Positions 36,986 through 46,477 of a stretch of DNA of 64,000 nucleotides are shown here, piece by piece (position 1 is the stretch's first letter; each line of letters starts with the position of its first letter). This DNA is from Phycisphaerae bacterium (GTDB lineage Bacteria; Planctomycetota; Phycisphaerae; UBA1845; Fen-1342), in assembly GCA_963675745.2 (NCBI GenBank), contig CAXXWX010000013.1, forward strand, positions 32,001 through 96,000, in the 5' to 3' direction. The notes under the pieces were generated by a model that worked only from the letters and a program-made list of their open reading frames with translations, had not been told where the DNA came from and did no database searches. The position numbers were made by a program, and so were the translations under genes.

Positions 36986-38079
36986 GCAGGTGCGACGTCG
37001 GCGCGCGTGAAGAAATCCACGTTGGGCAGCAGTTCCGCGGCGCGGTGCAGGACTGTCTCGTTAAAGCCCATGCAGCGGCAGATCTCCGCCGCCTGGTTTG
37101 ACCAGGATTCATGCTCGCTGATGCGTTGCCAGGCGCTGCCCAGGCGCCACCTGAGCCATGCCGCGGCGGGGGGAATCGGGAAGTCGCTGCCGAACAGCAG
37201 CCGGTGATGCAGCTCCTGACGCCGCGCGATCTGCCGCAGTGACCAGACCTTACCCCAGCTACACAGGGCCGAGACGTCGCCATAGAGCGGCGCGTCCGCC
37301 AGCGACCCGGTCAGAGCATCAACCAGTGCGTTGTAGTTTCGCCAGGGGCCGGCCGGATTCACCGGCGTGGCCAGGTGCGGGATGATCGTCGTGGGCATGG
37401 ACCCGCTACTGTGCAGATGGCGCAAGACGTCCAGCAGCGGCGGCAGCTCACCCAGCGCCCGGTCGTGCGAGGTCAGCGTAAACTCCGGCCCATAGTGCAG
37501 CAGCACGGGCAGCCCCAGTTCGGCACAGTGCGCCAGGAAGGCGATGGTCCGCTCATCACGCGCGTCCACATTCTGATGCAACGGAATCAGCTTCAGCAGG
37601 CACGCGCCGGCGGCAAACACCTCGTCCAGACACGCCAGCGCATCCGCGCGGTAGGGGTGTACGGATGCCCCGAAAAGGAATCGCTCCGGGTGACGCTGGC
37701 AGGTTGCGCGGATCAGGCTGTTGGACGTGTAGATATCACTGCCACGGTCTCCGGCCCGCCGTGGAAGAGGCGGCCGTTCGCCGCGGCTGTCGTGATACGC
37801 GTCAAAGGCCAGCAGCACCCAACGCCGCACCGGTCCCGCGCCGGCGAGGTGCCTGCCATAGAAGTCAGCCAGGCGCGCGTCGATCTGGCTGTCGTCGTGG
37901 CCGACGTGCAGATACCGGCGCATGGCGCGAAAACTCATGCGACGAAACGCGCGAGGCGAGATGCACGAGTCAAAGGCCCCTCTGAAACCCGGTTCGTCAG
38001 CTGGTTCAAAGGAGAAACGCTCGCCCGTGGAGAGCGGGAGCTGTGTGAACGTGTAGTGGCAGTGGATATCGATAATCAT
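36982..38079 (-). CDS. Amidohydrolase_2 family metallohydrolase
   Basis: 'IIDIHCH', 'GASVHPYR', 'LPVLLH', 'LLFGSDFP'. Confidence 0.85.
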   Translation of the reverse strand: MIIDIHCHYTFTQLPLSTGERFSFEPADEPGFRGAFDSCISPRAFRRMSFRAMRRYLHVGHDDSQIDARLADFYGRHLAGAGPVRRWVLLAFDAYHDSRGERPPLPRRAGDRGSDIYTSNSLIRATCQRHPERFLFGASVHPYRADALACLDEVFAAGACLLKLIPLHQNVDARDERTIAFLAHCAELGLPVLLHYGPEFTLTSHDRALGELPPLLDVLRHLHSSGSMPTTIIPHLATPVNPAGPWRNYNALVDALTGSLADAPLYGDVSALCSWGKVWSLRQIARRQELHHRLLFGSDFPIPPAAAWLRWRLGSAWQRISEHESWSNQAAEICRCMGFNETVLHRAAELLPNVDFFTRADVAPA

Positions 38080-38136
38080 GGCAGTTGCTGTCTGCAGCCT
38101 CGGGCCTCTGTGCCCAACAAGGGCGGCCGCTACGGT

Positions 38137-39018
38137 CTATCGCTCACGTGAGTTGTCCTCGTCTTCGGCCCAGTCGGCCAACTCGTCGGCGAGATTGACC
38201 GGCGCCTCGTAATGTGAGCGGAGCGTGTGTACATCACGCCGTGACCCGGTTGCCGCCGCACGCCGGAGCAGAATCCAACCGACGACCAGCCCGACGCCGG
38301 CGAACGCGATGACGATACCCCAGGCGCGCGCCGGCCGAGGCTGCACCGGGTTGACGCGCGAAACCTGCATCGGACCCTTGGCCACAACCAGGCCGGCGTA
38401 TTGCTCCCGGCCACGCGAGTCCTTGAACGTGCGCGCTTGAAGAAAATAGCCGGCGATCCGTATCGTGCTCTCCAGCGGCAGATCTGAGACATCCTCCGTG
38501 CAGATCACCGTCAGGCTGAGCGGCGCGCCGGGCTTGCGAAGTTCCAACCGCCACACCGAACCCACATCCGGGTATGCGGGATAGCTGCGTTCCCCCTTGT
38601 TTCGGCCGACAACCCCCTCAACCTCGATCGCCAGCCCGCGGTACGCCGAAGGTGTCTCCAGCAAAACCGTCCAATCATCGATCACAATCGGCGCGTCACT
38701 GAAGCCTGGTGGTTGGGCGTTCTGGCGAACATGTTCGACAAGCCGGTAATAACCCGGGTAATCGAAGCGTGGCGTGAAGTCCTCGATCTCATCAATTGCG
38801 GCGCGCAAGTCAGCCGGCAGCGTCGAACCTGATTGCGTCGTGGCAGGCGGGGCCGCGACGGCAACACACGCGGTGCCGACCGCCAAAAGCATCACGCCGC
38901 GCAGACGCACCAGTGTGCGATCGCCGCAAGCCGCGGGTCTGCGCCTGCGCGGTCCAGCGCCCTCCCACGCCGCACCGGACAACGCGCGATTGATCAATAG
39001 TCCTCGTCCTCGTCCCAT
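38137..39018 (-). CDS. Hypothetical exported protein with C-terminal membrane anchor
   Basis: Signal-like segment, 'PSAYRG..IEVEG', 'GYF', C-terminal TM. Start is uncertain. Confidence 0.65.
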   Translation of the reverse strand: MGRGRGLLINRALSGAAWEGAGPRRRRPAACGDRTLVRLRGVMLLAVGTACVAVAAPPATTQSGSTLPADLRAAIDEIEDFTPRFDYPGYYRLVEHVRQNAQPPGFSDAPIVIDDWTVLLETPSAYRGLAIEVEGVVGRNKGERSYPAYPDVGSVWRLELRKPGAPLSLTVICTEDVSDLPLESTIRIAGYFLQARTFKDSRGREQYAGLVVAKGPMQVSRVNPVQPRPARAWGIVIAFAGVGLVVGWILLRRAAATGSRRDVHTLRSHYEAPVNLADELADWAEDEDNSRER

Positions 39019-39989
39019 GGATAATCCGGCGTCGGCAGGGTCGTCTGGGGCGTTGACTGCGTGGTCGTCACTTCGGCGTGTTTCGGTTGCAGTGTCGGCG
39101 GCGCGATCGTTAAACGCCATTCGTCGCCTTCCCTGAACACGAGGATTGCGAGTTCACGGCTTTCCAGCTTATGTGCCGCCATGCTCTCAGGATCGAACTC
39201 GAACTTGGTGAGCACGCGGTATGCCGGCGGAGGAATGTTCGGTAGCGTAAGCTCCTCGACCGCACTGACCTCGACCGACCGCAGTGCCTCCTGGATAACC
39301 CGGAATCGCTGCTCAGTTTCGGGTGTCCGGGCGCGCGAGATCAGCCCGCGATAATCCGCGTACTCTCCCAGCAGCATCGTCTGCATCGCCTCGCGGATAA
39401 AACGTGCCAGATCGGGAGGGCACTGGGCCGCGACCTCGGGCGCAAAACGATATGTGGCCCGCGGCATCGGCTCTGCGCTGACAGCTGGTGCGCTTGTTGG
39501 TTGCGTCGCTGGAGGGGGCAGTTCGGCCGGCTGCCGCTCGCAGCCGACGAGGCAAACTGCGATCGCCAGCGTCGCCAACCAGGAGGGTGCCCTCCATAGC
39601 GGGGGCATCCGATGTCCGGTCAACGCTGCCGTGTGCCACTGCTCTTGAGCAGTGCCTTTCCGTGGGTGCCGCATCCCTTGGGGTGGGGGACTGACCCTCT
39701 CGATAGGCGTGACCGCCTGTTGTCTATCCGTCCCCCGCGGCAAGCCGCGGGGCACCCGCCAAAGTGGGTGCATCCGATGTCCGGTCAACGCAAAGGTGTG
39801 CCACTGCTCTTGAGCAGTGCCTTTCCAGGGAGCGCTCCCGGGCGCAATCCCGCCAGGGCGGCATGCCGGCTGCCGTTCGAGCACGGCCGCACAACGTTGC
39901 CGCAAGCGGCAAACGCTGCTCGGTAGCGGCTTCACACCACGGCCATTCCTGGGCCTACGCCGGGTCATCGCAAGGAGAATCCTGATCAT
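38994..39989 (-). CDS. Hypothetical lipoprotein; N-terminus runs through a REP cluster
   Basis: Lipobox CLVG-C. ATG 39989 overlaps the upstream stop (ATGA); an alternative start lies at ~39608. Confidence 0.6.
   Translation of the reverse strand: MIRILLAMTRRRPRNGRGVKPLPSSVCRLRQRCAAVLERQPACRPGGIAPGSAPWKGTAQEQWHTFALTGHRMHPLWRVPRGLPRGTDRQQAVTPIERVSPPPQGMRHPRKGTAQEQWHTAALTGHRMPPLWRAPSWLATLAIAVCLVGCERQPAELPPPATQPTSAPAVSAEPMPRATYRFAPEVAAQCPPDLARFIREAMQTMLLGEYADYRGLISRARTPETEQRFRVIQEALRSVEVSAVEELTLPNIPPPAYRVLTKFEFDPESMAAHKLESRELAILVFREGDEWRLTIAPPTLQPKHAEVTTTQSTPQTTLPTPDYPWDEDEDY
39585..39826 (-). repeat. BIME-like REP cluster with a 57-bp direct repeat (165-bp period)
   Basis: 39605-39661 vs 39770-39826 (4 mismatches), each with the hairpin CACTGCTC-TT-GAGCAGTG. 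Further hairpins with GGCACCC tails lie at ~39585, ~39664 and ~39732. Confidence 0.8.
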
Positions 39990-41116
39990 CCCGAACCTCG
40001 CCGTGCGTAGCGCACGGCCTGTTTGAGCCACGTGAGTCTGTCGGGCAAGCACTCGGTCAGCCCGTCAAAGACGATCTGCTCCGCGCCGCGCCTGGTCAAT
40101 TCGTCAACGGCGCGCACCAGTTGGGCCGCCTCGGTGAACTCTGTAGCGACAAGGTTAACCAGCGTCATGCCGTGCCGCACAATCTCTTCGTCCCCAGGCT
40201 CGCAGCCGGCATCCCAGACCGCCCCGCTCGGCAACCAGCGCTGTAACTCAGGGAGTTTTATCAGAGGATAGCATGGATCAGGGCCATTGCCCGGGCCGAG
40301 GCAACGCCACTGTGGGTATCGGCCCGCCAATTGGTCCAACCAGCGGCGGCCTTCGACACACCGGCACTCGCGATAGGCGTTGACGAGCTGATACCACCGA
40401 CGTTCCTCTGGTGATGTGCTCCCGGTCGTCCCATGGTCGGCCCACGCAAGGTGCTGCCGGCGGACCGCGTCGCGCACCGCGTCAGCGTCCTGGCCGGCCC
40501 GTGATGCACACTCCTCACAGGCGGGGCAAAAGCAGATCTCGATCATGTCGCGGTGCATCAGGGGCGCCATGAAGCAGGAGACAGACTGCGGGCCTTCGTC
40601 GAGCTTCCAGCCGGAGAGTTCAACGCCAATTGGCTCATAGCGCGCGAGATCATCAAGCGTGGTCTGCAAAAGGGCGCGCACCTGGGGATCAAGGACACAC
40701 GGGCGTTCCCGACGAAGCGTATCCCCCCAGGCGTTCTGGAAGTTGCAGTAGCGGCCATCGCCCAAGTCCACAACCGGTGCTCGAACATCCACGGCCAGGT
40801 ACAATTGCAGGCCGCGGCGCGCGACGACGTCACGCACCGCCCCCAAACAGTCCCGTTTCGTTACCCACTCCGCCTTCGGCGGCGGACCGATCAACGACGC
40901 ATAGTGCTCGCGCTGAAACGGGTAGTGCCATCCACCCCGCGTCTGGAACACCCGCTGCGGCTCCAGTGGCCTGTACATCCGGAATTCCGACACCGGCCCC
41001 GTGACCGCCGGCACGACGACGTGGTCAAACCCCACTTCCCCCAACGCACGCTCAAGCAGCTCCTCATCGAGCGCCATATTCCACAGCGGAAACACCAACC
41101 CAAACGTCGCTGACAT
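39986..41116 (-). CDS. Hypothetical TIM-barrel/glycoside-hydrolase-like protein
   Basis: ATG at 41116; 'QNAWGD...CVLDPQVR' and 'ICFCPAC'. Confidence 0.55.
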   Translation of the reverse strand: MSATFGLVFPLWNMALDEELLERALGEVGFDHVVVPAVTGPVSEFRMYRPLEPQRVFQTRGGWHYPFQREHYASLIGPPPKAEWVTKRDCLGAVRDVVARRGLQLYLAVDVRAPVVDLGDGRYCNFQNAWGDTLRRERPCVLDPQVRALLQTTLDDLARYEPIGVELSGWKLDEGPQSVSCFMAPLMHRDMIEICFCPACEECASRAGQDADAVRDAVRRQHLAWADHGTTGSTSPEERRWYQLVNAYRECRCVEGRRWLDQLAGRYPQWRCLGPGNGPDPCYPLIKLPELQRWLPSGAVWDAGCEPGDEEIVRHGMTLVNLVATEFTEAAQLVRAVDELTRRGAEQIVFDGLTECLPDRLTWLKQAVRYARRGSG

Positions 41117-41260
41117 CAACGCTCCCTGATTCTCGATCGCGCAAGCCCGGCCGGCGACCGCGTCCCCTGGCCCTTTGTCGCTCCGGCGCTTCTCCCTGCG
41201 AGGGTAGCCGATTCCACCCCGGTCTGCTAGCATGCCAACGCTCTGGTTTCTGGAGGTTTC

Positions 41261-42862
41261 ATGCCCTTGGACGAGTCGCAGAATTACGCGCGCTACTGCC
41301 CCGGTGAGGAGCATATTCACATATCCGACGCAGTGTGTCTCGGTCGGCGGCGCGCCAACTTTCACAAATGCCCGGGCTGCCAGTTCAATGACGATGAGCA
41401 GGGTCGGCCGTCGTTGGCCGCCAGCTTTGTCGGTCGAAAACACAAGCGCTCCAGCACACCAACTCAGGGAATCGAGACTATCGCCATGATCGATAAGGTC
41501 TTCAAAGCGTACGATGTCCGCGCCACCGTCCCCGACCTGCTCAACGAAAACGTCGCCTGGCGCATCGGCAACGCCACCGCCCAGTTCCTGCGCACGTCAC
41601 TGACCGGCTATGACCGCAGCGACGAGGCGATGAACAAGATCATCGTCGGTCGCGACATGCGCAAGCATAGCCCCATGCTCTGCGACGCCTTCATCACCGG
41701 AGCCGCCGCGACCGGCACCCAGGTGGTCGACATCGGCATGATCGACACGTCGCAGCTATATTTCGCGACCAACCACGTACGTTGTTGCGGCGGCGCGGTT
41801 ACCACGGCCAGTCACAATCCGGCGAATTACAACGGGTTTAAGATTTGTGGGCCGAAAGGCAAGCCGATTGGCTCAGAGTCGGGATTGAAGGAGATTCAGC
41901 GGATCGCGGCGGCGATCAACCCGCACGCCGTCCCCGACACGTTGCCGGTGCAGGCCGTCGATCTTTCCGAGCCGTACCGCGAGTACCTGCACCGCTTCCT
42001 GCTGCCGCTGCGGCCCCTCAAGGTCGTGGTGGACGCGTCGAACGGAATGGCGGGGCGCTGGTTCCCGATCTTGTTCTCGGGGGTCAACAACCTCGAGATG
42101 TTCCCGCTGAATTTCAAGCATGACGGTGACTTCGTCCATCCGCCGAACCCGCTGGTCCCCGCCAATCTGGACCAGCTTCGGCAGGCGGTGCGCGAGCACA
42201 AGGCCGATTTCGGCGCGTGCTTTGACGGCGATGCCGACCGTTGCATGTTCGTGGATGAAAACGCCGAGATCGTCCGCTGTGATCTGGTCACGGCCCTGCT
42301 GGCGGGGGAGTATCTCCGCGAGCACCCGGGTTCGACCATCGTTTACGATCTGCGCTCGAGCCGTGTCGTGGCCGACACCATCCGCCACGGCGGCGGCAAG
42401 CCCAAACGCGAGCGCGTCGGTCACGTATTCATGAAACGCACGATGGCCGAGCAGGACGGCATCTTCGGCGGCGAGCTGAGCGGGCACTTCTATTTCCGCG
42501 ACTACTTCTATTGCGATTCTGGCATGCTGGCTTTCATCGCGATTCTCGATGTGCTGACCCGCAGCGGACAATCGCTGTCCTCGCTGATCAAACCGTTGGA
42601 CATCTTCGCCGCCAGCGGGGAACGCAACTTCAGGAACGCGGACAAGCAAGGCACCTTCGCCGAGCTCGAAAAGAAGTACACGGACGCACAGGTTGACCAT
42701 CTCGACGGAATCACGATCCAGTATGAGGACTGGTGGTTTAACGTCCGCGCCTCAAACACGGAGCCGCTGCTGCGGCTGAATCTGGAAGCCAAAACGCGCG
42801 ACCTGCTCGAAAGCAAGCTCGCCGAGATCACACCTTTGCTCGGCGAGCCCGTCGATCACTGA
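41261..42862 (+). CDS. Phosphomannomutase/phosphoglucomutase with Cys-rich N-terminal extension
   Basis: 'FKAYDVR', 'TASHNP', 'FDGDADR', 'GGELSGH', 'RASNTEP'; RBS GGAGG before 41261. Confidence 0.93.
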   Translation: MPLDESQNYARYCPGEEHIHISDAVCLGRRRANFHKCPGCQFNDDEQGRPSLAASFVGRKHKRSSTPTQGIETIAMIDKVFKAYDVRATVPDLLNENVAWRIGNATAQFLRTSLTGYDRSDEAMNKIIVGRDMRKHSPMLCDAFITGAAATGTQVVDIGMIDTSQLYFATNHVRCCGGAVTTASHNPANYNGFKICGPKGKPIGSESGLKEIQRIAAAINPHAVPDTLPVQAVDLSEPYREYLHRFLLPLRPLKVVVDASNGMAGRWFPILFSGVNNLEMFPLNFKHDGDFVHPPNPLVPANLDQLRQAVREHKADFGACFDGDADRCMFVDENAEIVRCDLVTALLAGEYLREHPGSTIVYDLRSSRVVADTIRHGGGKPKRERVGHVFMKRTMAEQDGIFGGELSGHFYFRDYFYCDSGMLAFIAILDVLTRSGQSLSSLIKPLDIFAASGERNFRNADKQGTFAELEKKYTDAQVDHLDGITIQYEDWWFNVRASNTEPLLRLNLEAKTRDLLESKLAEITPLLGEPVDH

Positions 42863-44118
42863 TGGCGACACCGACCACCGAGCAACCCGCCGAGTACACG
42901 CACCTGCTGTTGGACAGCGGCGTGGAAATGGCCGTTGACCGCCTGCCGGCGCGCAACACGGTCGGGCTGTGCTTCCGCGTTTTCGCCGGGATGACCGATG
43001 AGGACCCGCGTTACACGGGCGTGAACACGATTACGCAAAGCACGCTGGCCAAGGGCACGGCGAATTACACCGGCCGCGCCCTGGCCGATGCGTTTGACCG
43101 GATCGGGGCCGCCTGGGGTACGGCGAGCGGACGTCAGTCGATGCTGGCGCGCGTGTTGTGCCTCCCCGAGTTCGTCGAGCAGACCATTGACCTGGTCGCG
43201 GAGATGCTTCGACGACCGACGTTCCCCGAGGAGGCCTGCCAGGTGGCGGTCGACCTGGCGCTTCAGGACTTGCGCCATATGGAGGACGAGCCGCAGGACC
43301 TGCTGCGCGTCCTGATCCAGCGGCTGACGCTGGGCCCGGATTTGGGCCGCAACCCCGACGGCACGCCTGAATCTCTGCCGCAGGTGACGCGTGATGTGGT
43401 CCACGACCACTGGCGCAGGTGCTACCACAGTGGTCGGCTACAGGTCGCTGTCGCGGGGCCGCTTGATGCCGAGCGCGTCGCACGGCAAATCGACACCGCC
43501 TTCAGCGGCTTCGGATCAGCCGAGCGCGCGGGGCGCGCCGACGCCGAGTTCACCTTCGAGCCGGCGCGGCAACATCGCCATAAGGACTGCAAGCAGCAGT
43601 ACATCGGGCTGACCATGCCGGGGGTTCCTCGCGGCCACCGGGATTTTGCGGCCGAGCGCGTGCTTCTCTCCGTCTTGTCCGGCGGGATGAGCGGGCGTCT
43701 GTTCACCGAAGTGCGCGAGAAGCAGGGTCTGGTGTATTGGGTGGGAGCCTGGCACGAGCAACCACGCGGCAAGGGCGTCATTCATCTCGGCGCCAGTACC
43801 ACACCCGCGCGCTGTTCGCGGACCTACCGGACATTGTCGCGCGAGATCGAGCGCCTGTCCGAGGATCTTACCGAATCCGAGGTGGCGCGGGCACGCAATA
43901 TCCTCATTGCCCATCTCGAAACCGAGGATGATCTGACCCGGGCCCGCACGGCGGCGCTCAGCGACGACCTGTTCCACTTTTCCCGGCCGATCGGGTTGCA
44001 GGCCAAGCTCGCCGCAATCCGGGCCGTGACACTGTCTGACGTGGTGCGGTTGGCCGCCGGCTTGCGCGAGGCGCCACGCTGCGTTGCCACGATTGGGCCG
44101 GCGGAACTCGATGGCTGA
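42862..44118 (+). CDS. M16 (pitrilysin) peptidase family subunit, probably non-catalytic
   Basis: 'KGT', 'LSGGMSGRLFTEVREKQGLVY'. No HxxEH at the expected position (NTITQS instead). Confidence 0.85.
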   Translation: MATPTTEQPAEYTHLLLDSGVEMAVDRLPARNTVGLCFRVFAGMTDEDPRYTGVNTITQSTLAKGTANYTGRALADAFDRIGAAWGTASGRQSMLARVLCLPEFVEQTIDLVAEMLRRPTFPEEACQVAVDLALQDLRHMEDEPQDLLRVLIQRLTLGPDLGRNPDGTPESLPQVTRDVVHDHWRRCYHSGRLQVAVAGPLDAERVARQIDTAFSGFGSAERAGRADAEFTFEPARQHRHKDCKQQYIGLTMPGVPRGHRDFAAERVLLSVLSGGMSGRLFTEVREKQGLVYWVGAWHEQPRGKGVIHLGASTTPARCSRTYRTLSREIERLSEDLTESEVARARNILIAHLETEDDLTRARTAALSDDLFHFSRPIGLQAKLAAIRAVTLSDVVRLAAGLREAPRCVATIGPAELDG

Positions 44119-44121
44119 AGG

Positions 44122-44158
44122 GGGAATAGGGACTGAGGGACTAGGGATTGAGGGATTG
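44122..44158. repeat. 7/8-mer tandem repeat (GGGA-anchored) x5
   Basis: gggaata gggactga gggacta gggattga gggattg. Confidence 0.7.
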
Positions 44159-44214
44159 GGGGAAGCGGGGGGGAAGGGGGCCATGGTGCTGGCGGCGTGG
44201 CCGCCGTTGGCCTG

Positions 44215-44243
44215 TTCACATGCTTGCCGGGTGCCGCTATACT
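44215..44243 (+). promoter_or_regulatory. Sigma70-like promoter upstream of the EF-G gene
   Basis: TTCACA-N17-TATACT. Confidence 0.5.
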
Positions 44244-44303
44244 GCTTTGTTCTGAGCATCTTGCGGCTCACACGTGTTACGCTGGTTCTACGGAGGTTGG
44301 TGC

Positions 44304-46352
44304 ATGGCTGCCCATAAGGTCGAGGACATTCGCAACGTGGCAATCGTCGGACATGCCGGAGCCGGCAAGACTACGCTCGGTGAGGCAATCCTGCTGAAGG
44401 CGGGCGTGACCAACCGCCTGGGGAGTGTCGATGACGGTAGCAGCGTTCTCGATTATGACGACGAAGCCAAAGAGCGCGGCCATAGCCTCGATTCGTCGGT
44501 ATTCCACGTCAAGCATGGCGATAAGCTGCTGAATTTCATCGATACACCCGGCATGCCGGACTATTGCGGGCCGGCGCTGGCATCGCTGATCGGCGTCGAA
44601 ACCGCACTGATTGCAATCTCCGCCGCCGCCGGTATCGGCACGAACACCCGGCGCATGTTCCAGGCCGCCGGGCAATTCGGCCTGGCGCGGATGATCGTCA
44701 TTACGCGCATCGACGCCGAAAACGCCAACCTGGAAGAGCTCTACAGCGCCATCCACGAGACATTCGGACATAGCTGTCGGGCGATCAATCTGCCGGCGGG
44801 GGGGGGCAAGAGCACGATTGACGTGTTGGCCAGTGAATCCGGCAGCGCCGATATCCTCGACGTAGCGCAGGCTCACACCGAACTCATCGAGGCGATTGTC
44901 GAGACCGACGAAGACCTCATGGAAGCCTATATGGCCGACGAAGGTGTGCCGCAGGACAAACTGCGACCGGCCATTGCGAAAGCCGTCGCCGAAGGCAGCT
45001 TGATCCCCGTGCTGTTCGCCGACGCCGGACGGGATGTCGGAATCCAGCAGCTTCTGGACGAGATCGTCACGTTCGCTCCGTCCCCGGCGGTCGGCAAGCA
45101 GCGCCAACTGGCTGTCGGCGAGGGCGAAGAGGCACAGGAAACGCCGATCGCCGCAGACCCGACCGGTCCGTTTGTCGGCCAGGTCTTCAAGGTGCTGTCA
45201 GACCCGAAGAGCAACATCAAGTACTCGGTGTTCCGCGTATTCAGCGGGACACTCCCGAGCGACGGGCAGATCGTCATCCGCGATGACCGTAAATCGCAGC
45301 GCGCCGGCCATGTATTCAAATTCAGCGGCGGCCATCACGATGAGGCCGACGCCGCCACGGCCGGCGATATCGCGGCGTTGGCCAAGATCGATCTGAAGAT
45401 CGGTGACATGCTCTGGGACAAGCCGACCGATGGCGCCGTTACCATCCCGCGACTGCCCTCACCCATGTACTCGTTGGCGATCGAGCCCAAGGCGCGGGGC
45501 GATATCGAGAAGGTCGGTGCGGCCCTGACACGCTTTTCCGAAGAGGATCCATGCTTCCAGTATCATCGCAATGCTGAAACCAACCAATTGCTGATGAGCG
45601 GTCTGGGTGACCAGCACCTGACCGTGATCCAGAGCAAGATGAAGCGCTATTTCAAGCTCGAGGTCGATACCAAAACCCCCAAGATCCCGTACCGCGAGAC
45701 GATTTCCGGATCAGTCAAATACGTCGAATACACGCACAAAAAGCAGACCGGCGGTGCCGGGCAGTTCGCGCGCGTCTTCATCGATCTCGAGCCGAATGAG
45801 CGCGGCGGCGGCTACGAGTTCATCGACAAGATCTTCGGCGGCGCCATCGACCAGCCTTATCGACCCGCGGTGGACAAGGGTATTCAGGGCCAGATGAAGA
45901 AGGGCGTCATCGCCGGCTGTCCGGTGGTGGATGTCAAGGTGTCTCTGGTCGACGGAAAGACGCACCCGGTCGACAGCAAGGACATCGCGTTTCAGGTGGC
46001 CGGCCGCAATGCCTTCAAGAAGGCCTTCATGCAGTGCAAGCCGATCCTGCTCGAACCGATCGTGACCATCGAAGTGCATTGCCCCACCGACTTTATGGGT
46101 GATATTCAGCGTGATCTGGCCGGCAAACGTGGCCAGATCGAGGGGCAGGACATGCTGCCCGGCGGCCAGTGCGTCATCAAGGGTAAGGTGCCCCTGGCCG
46201 AAGTCTCCGCCTATGCGTCACAGCTCAAGAGCGTCACCGGCGGTCAGGGCAGCTACATCATGGACTTCAGCCACTACGACGTATGCCCGCCCAATGTGCA
46301 GCAGGAGATTCAGTCCAAGTATCAGTCGCAGGCGGAGCAGGACGAAGACTGA
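44304..46352 (+). CDS. fusA: Elongation factor G paralog (EF-G2-like)
   Basis: 'IRNVAIVGHAGAGKT', 'DTPG', 'EEDP', 'PYRETI', 'KKQTGGAGQFA', 'HPVDS', 'LLEPI'; not within a str operon. Confidence 0.92.
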   Translation: MAAHKVEDIRNVAIVGHAGAGKTTLGEAILLKAGVTNRLGSVDDGSSVLDYDDEAKERGHSLDSSVFHVKHGDKLLNFIDTPGMPDYCGPALASLIGVETALIAISAAAGIGTNTRRMFQAAGQFGLARMIVITRIDAENANLEELYSAIHETFGHSCRAINLPAGGGKSTIDVLASESGSADILDVAQAHTELIEAIVETDEDLMEAYMADEGVPQDKLRPAIAKAVAEGSLIPVLFADAGRDVGIQQLLDEIVTFAPSPAVGKQRQLAVGEGEEAQETPIAADPTGPFVGQVFKVLSDPKSNIKYSVFRVFSGTLPSDGQIVIRDDRKSQRAGHVFKFSGGHHDEADAATAGDIAALAKIDLKIGDMLWDKPTDGAVTIPRLPSPMYSLAIEPKARGDIEKVGAALTRFSEEDPCFQYHRNAETNQLLMSGLGDQHLTVIQSKMKRYFKLEVDTKTPKIPYRETISGSVKYVEYTHKKQTGGAGQFARVFIDLEPNERGGGYEFIDKIFGGAIDQPYRPAVDKGIQGQMKKGVIAGCPVVDVKVSLVDGKTHPVDSKDIAFQVAGRNAFKKAFMQCKPILLEPIVTIEVHCPTDFMGDIQRDLAGKRGQIEGQDMLPGGQCVIKGKVPLAEVSAYASQLKSVTGGQGSYIMDFSHYDVCPPNVQQEIQSKYQSQAEQDED

Positions 46353-46477
46353 GCAGAACCCCGGACTCCGTGCAGTGCCGGCCGTCCCATGGGGTGACGG
46401 TCCGCGCACAGCCACGTTTATGGCCGCCACGTCCGACAGGGCGCCGGGCGTGTCCAGTGGGTGTCCCGATCTTGCAG

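Noticed and set aside
39605..39826. CRISPR array
   Set aside because: Only two 57-bp units, a 108-bp spacer made of other hairpins, and no cas genes; it fits a REP cluster.
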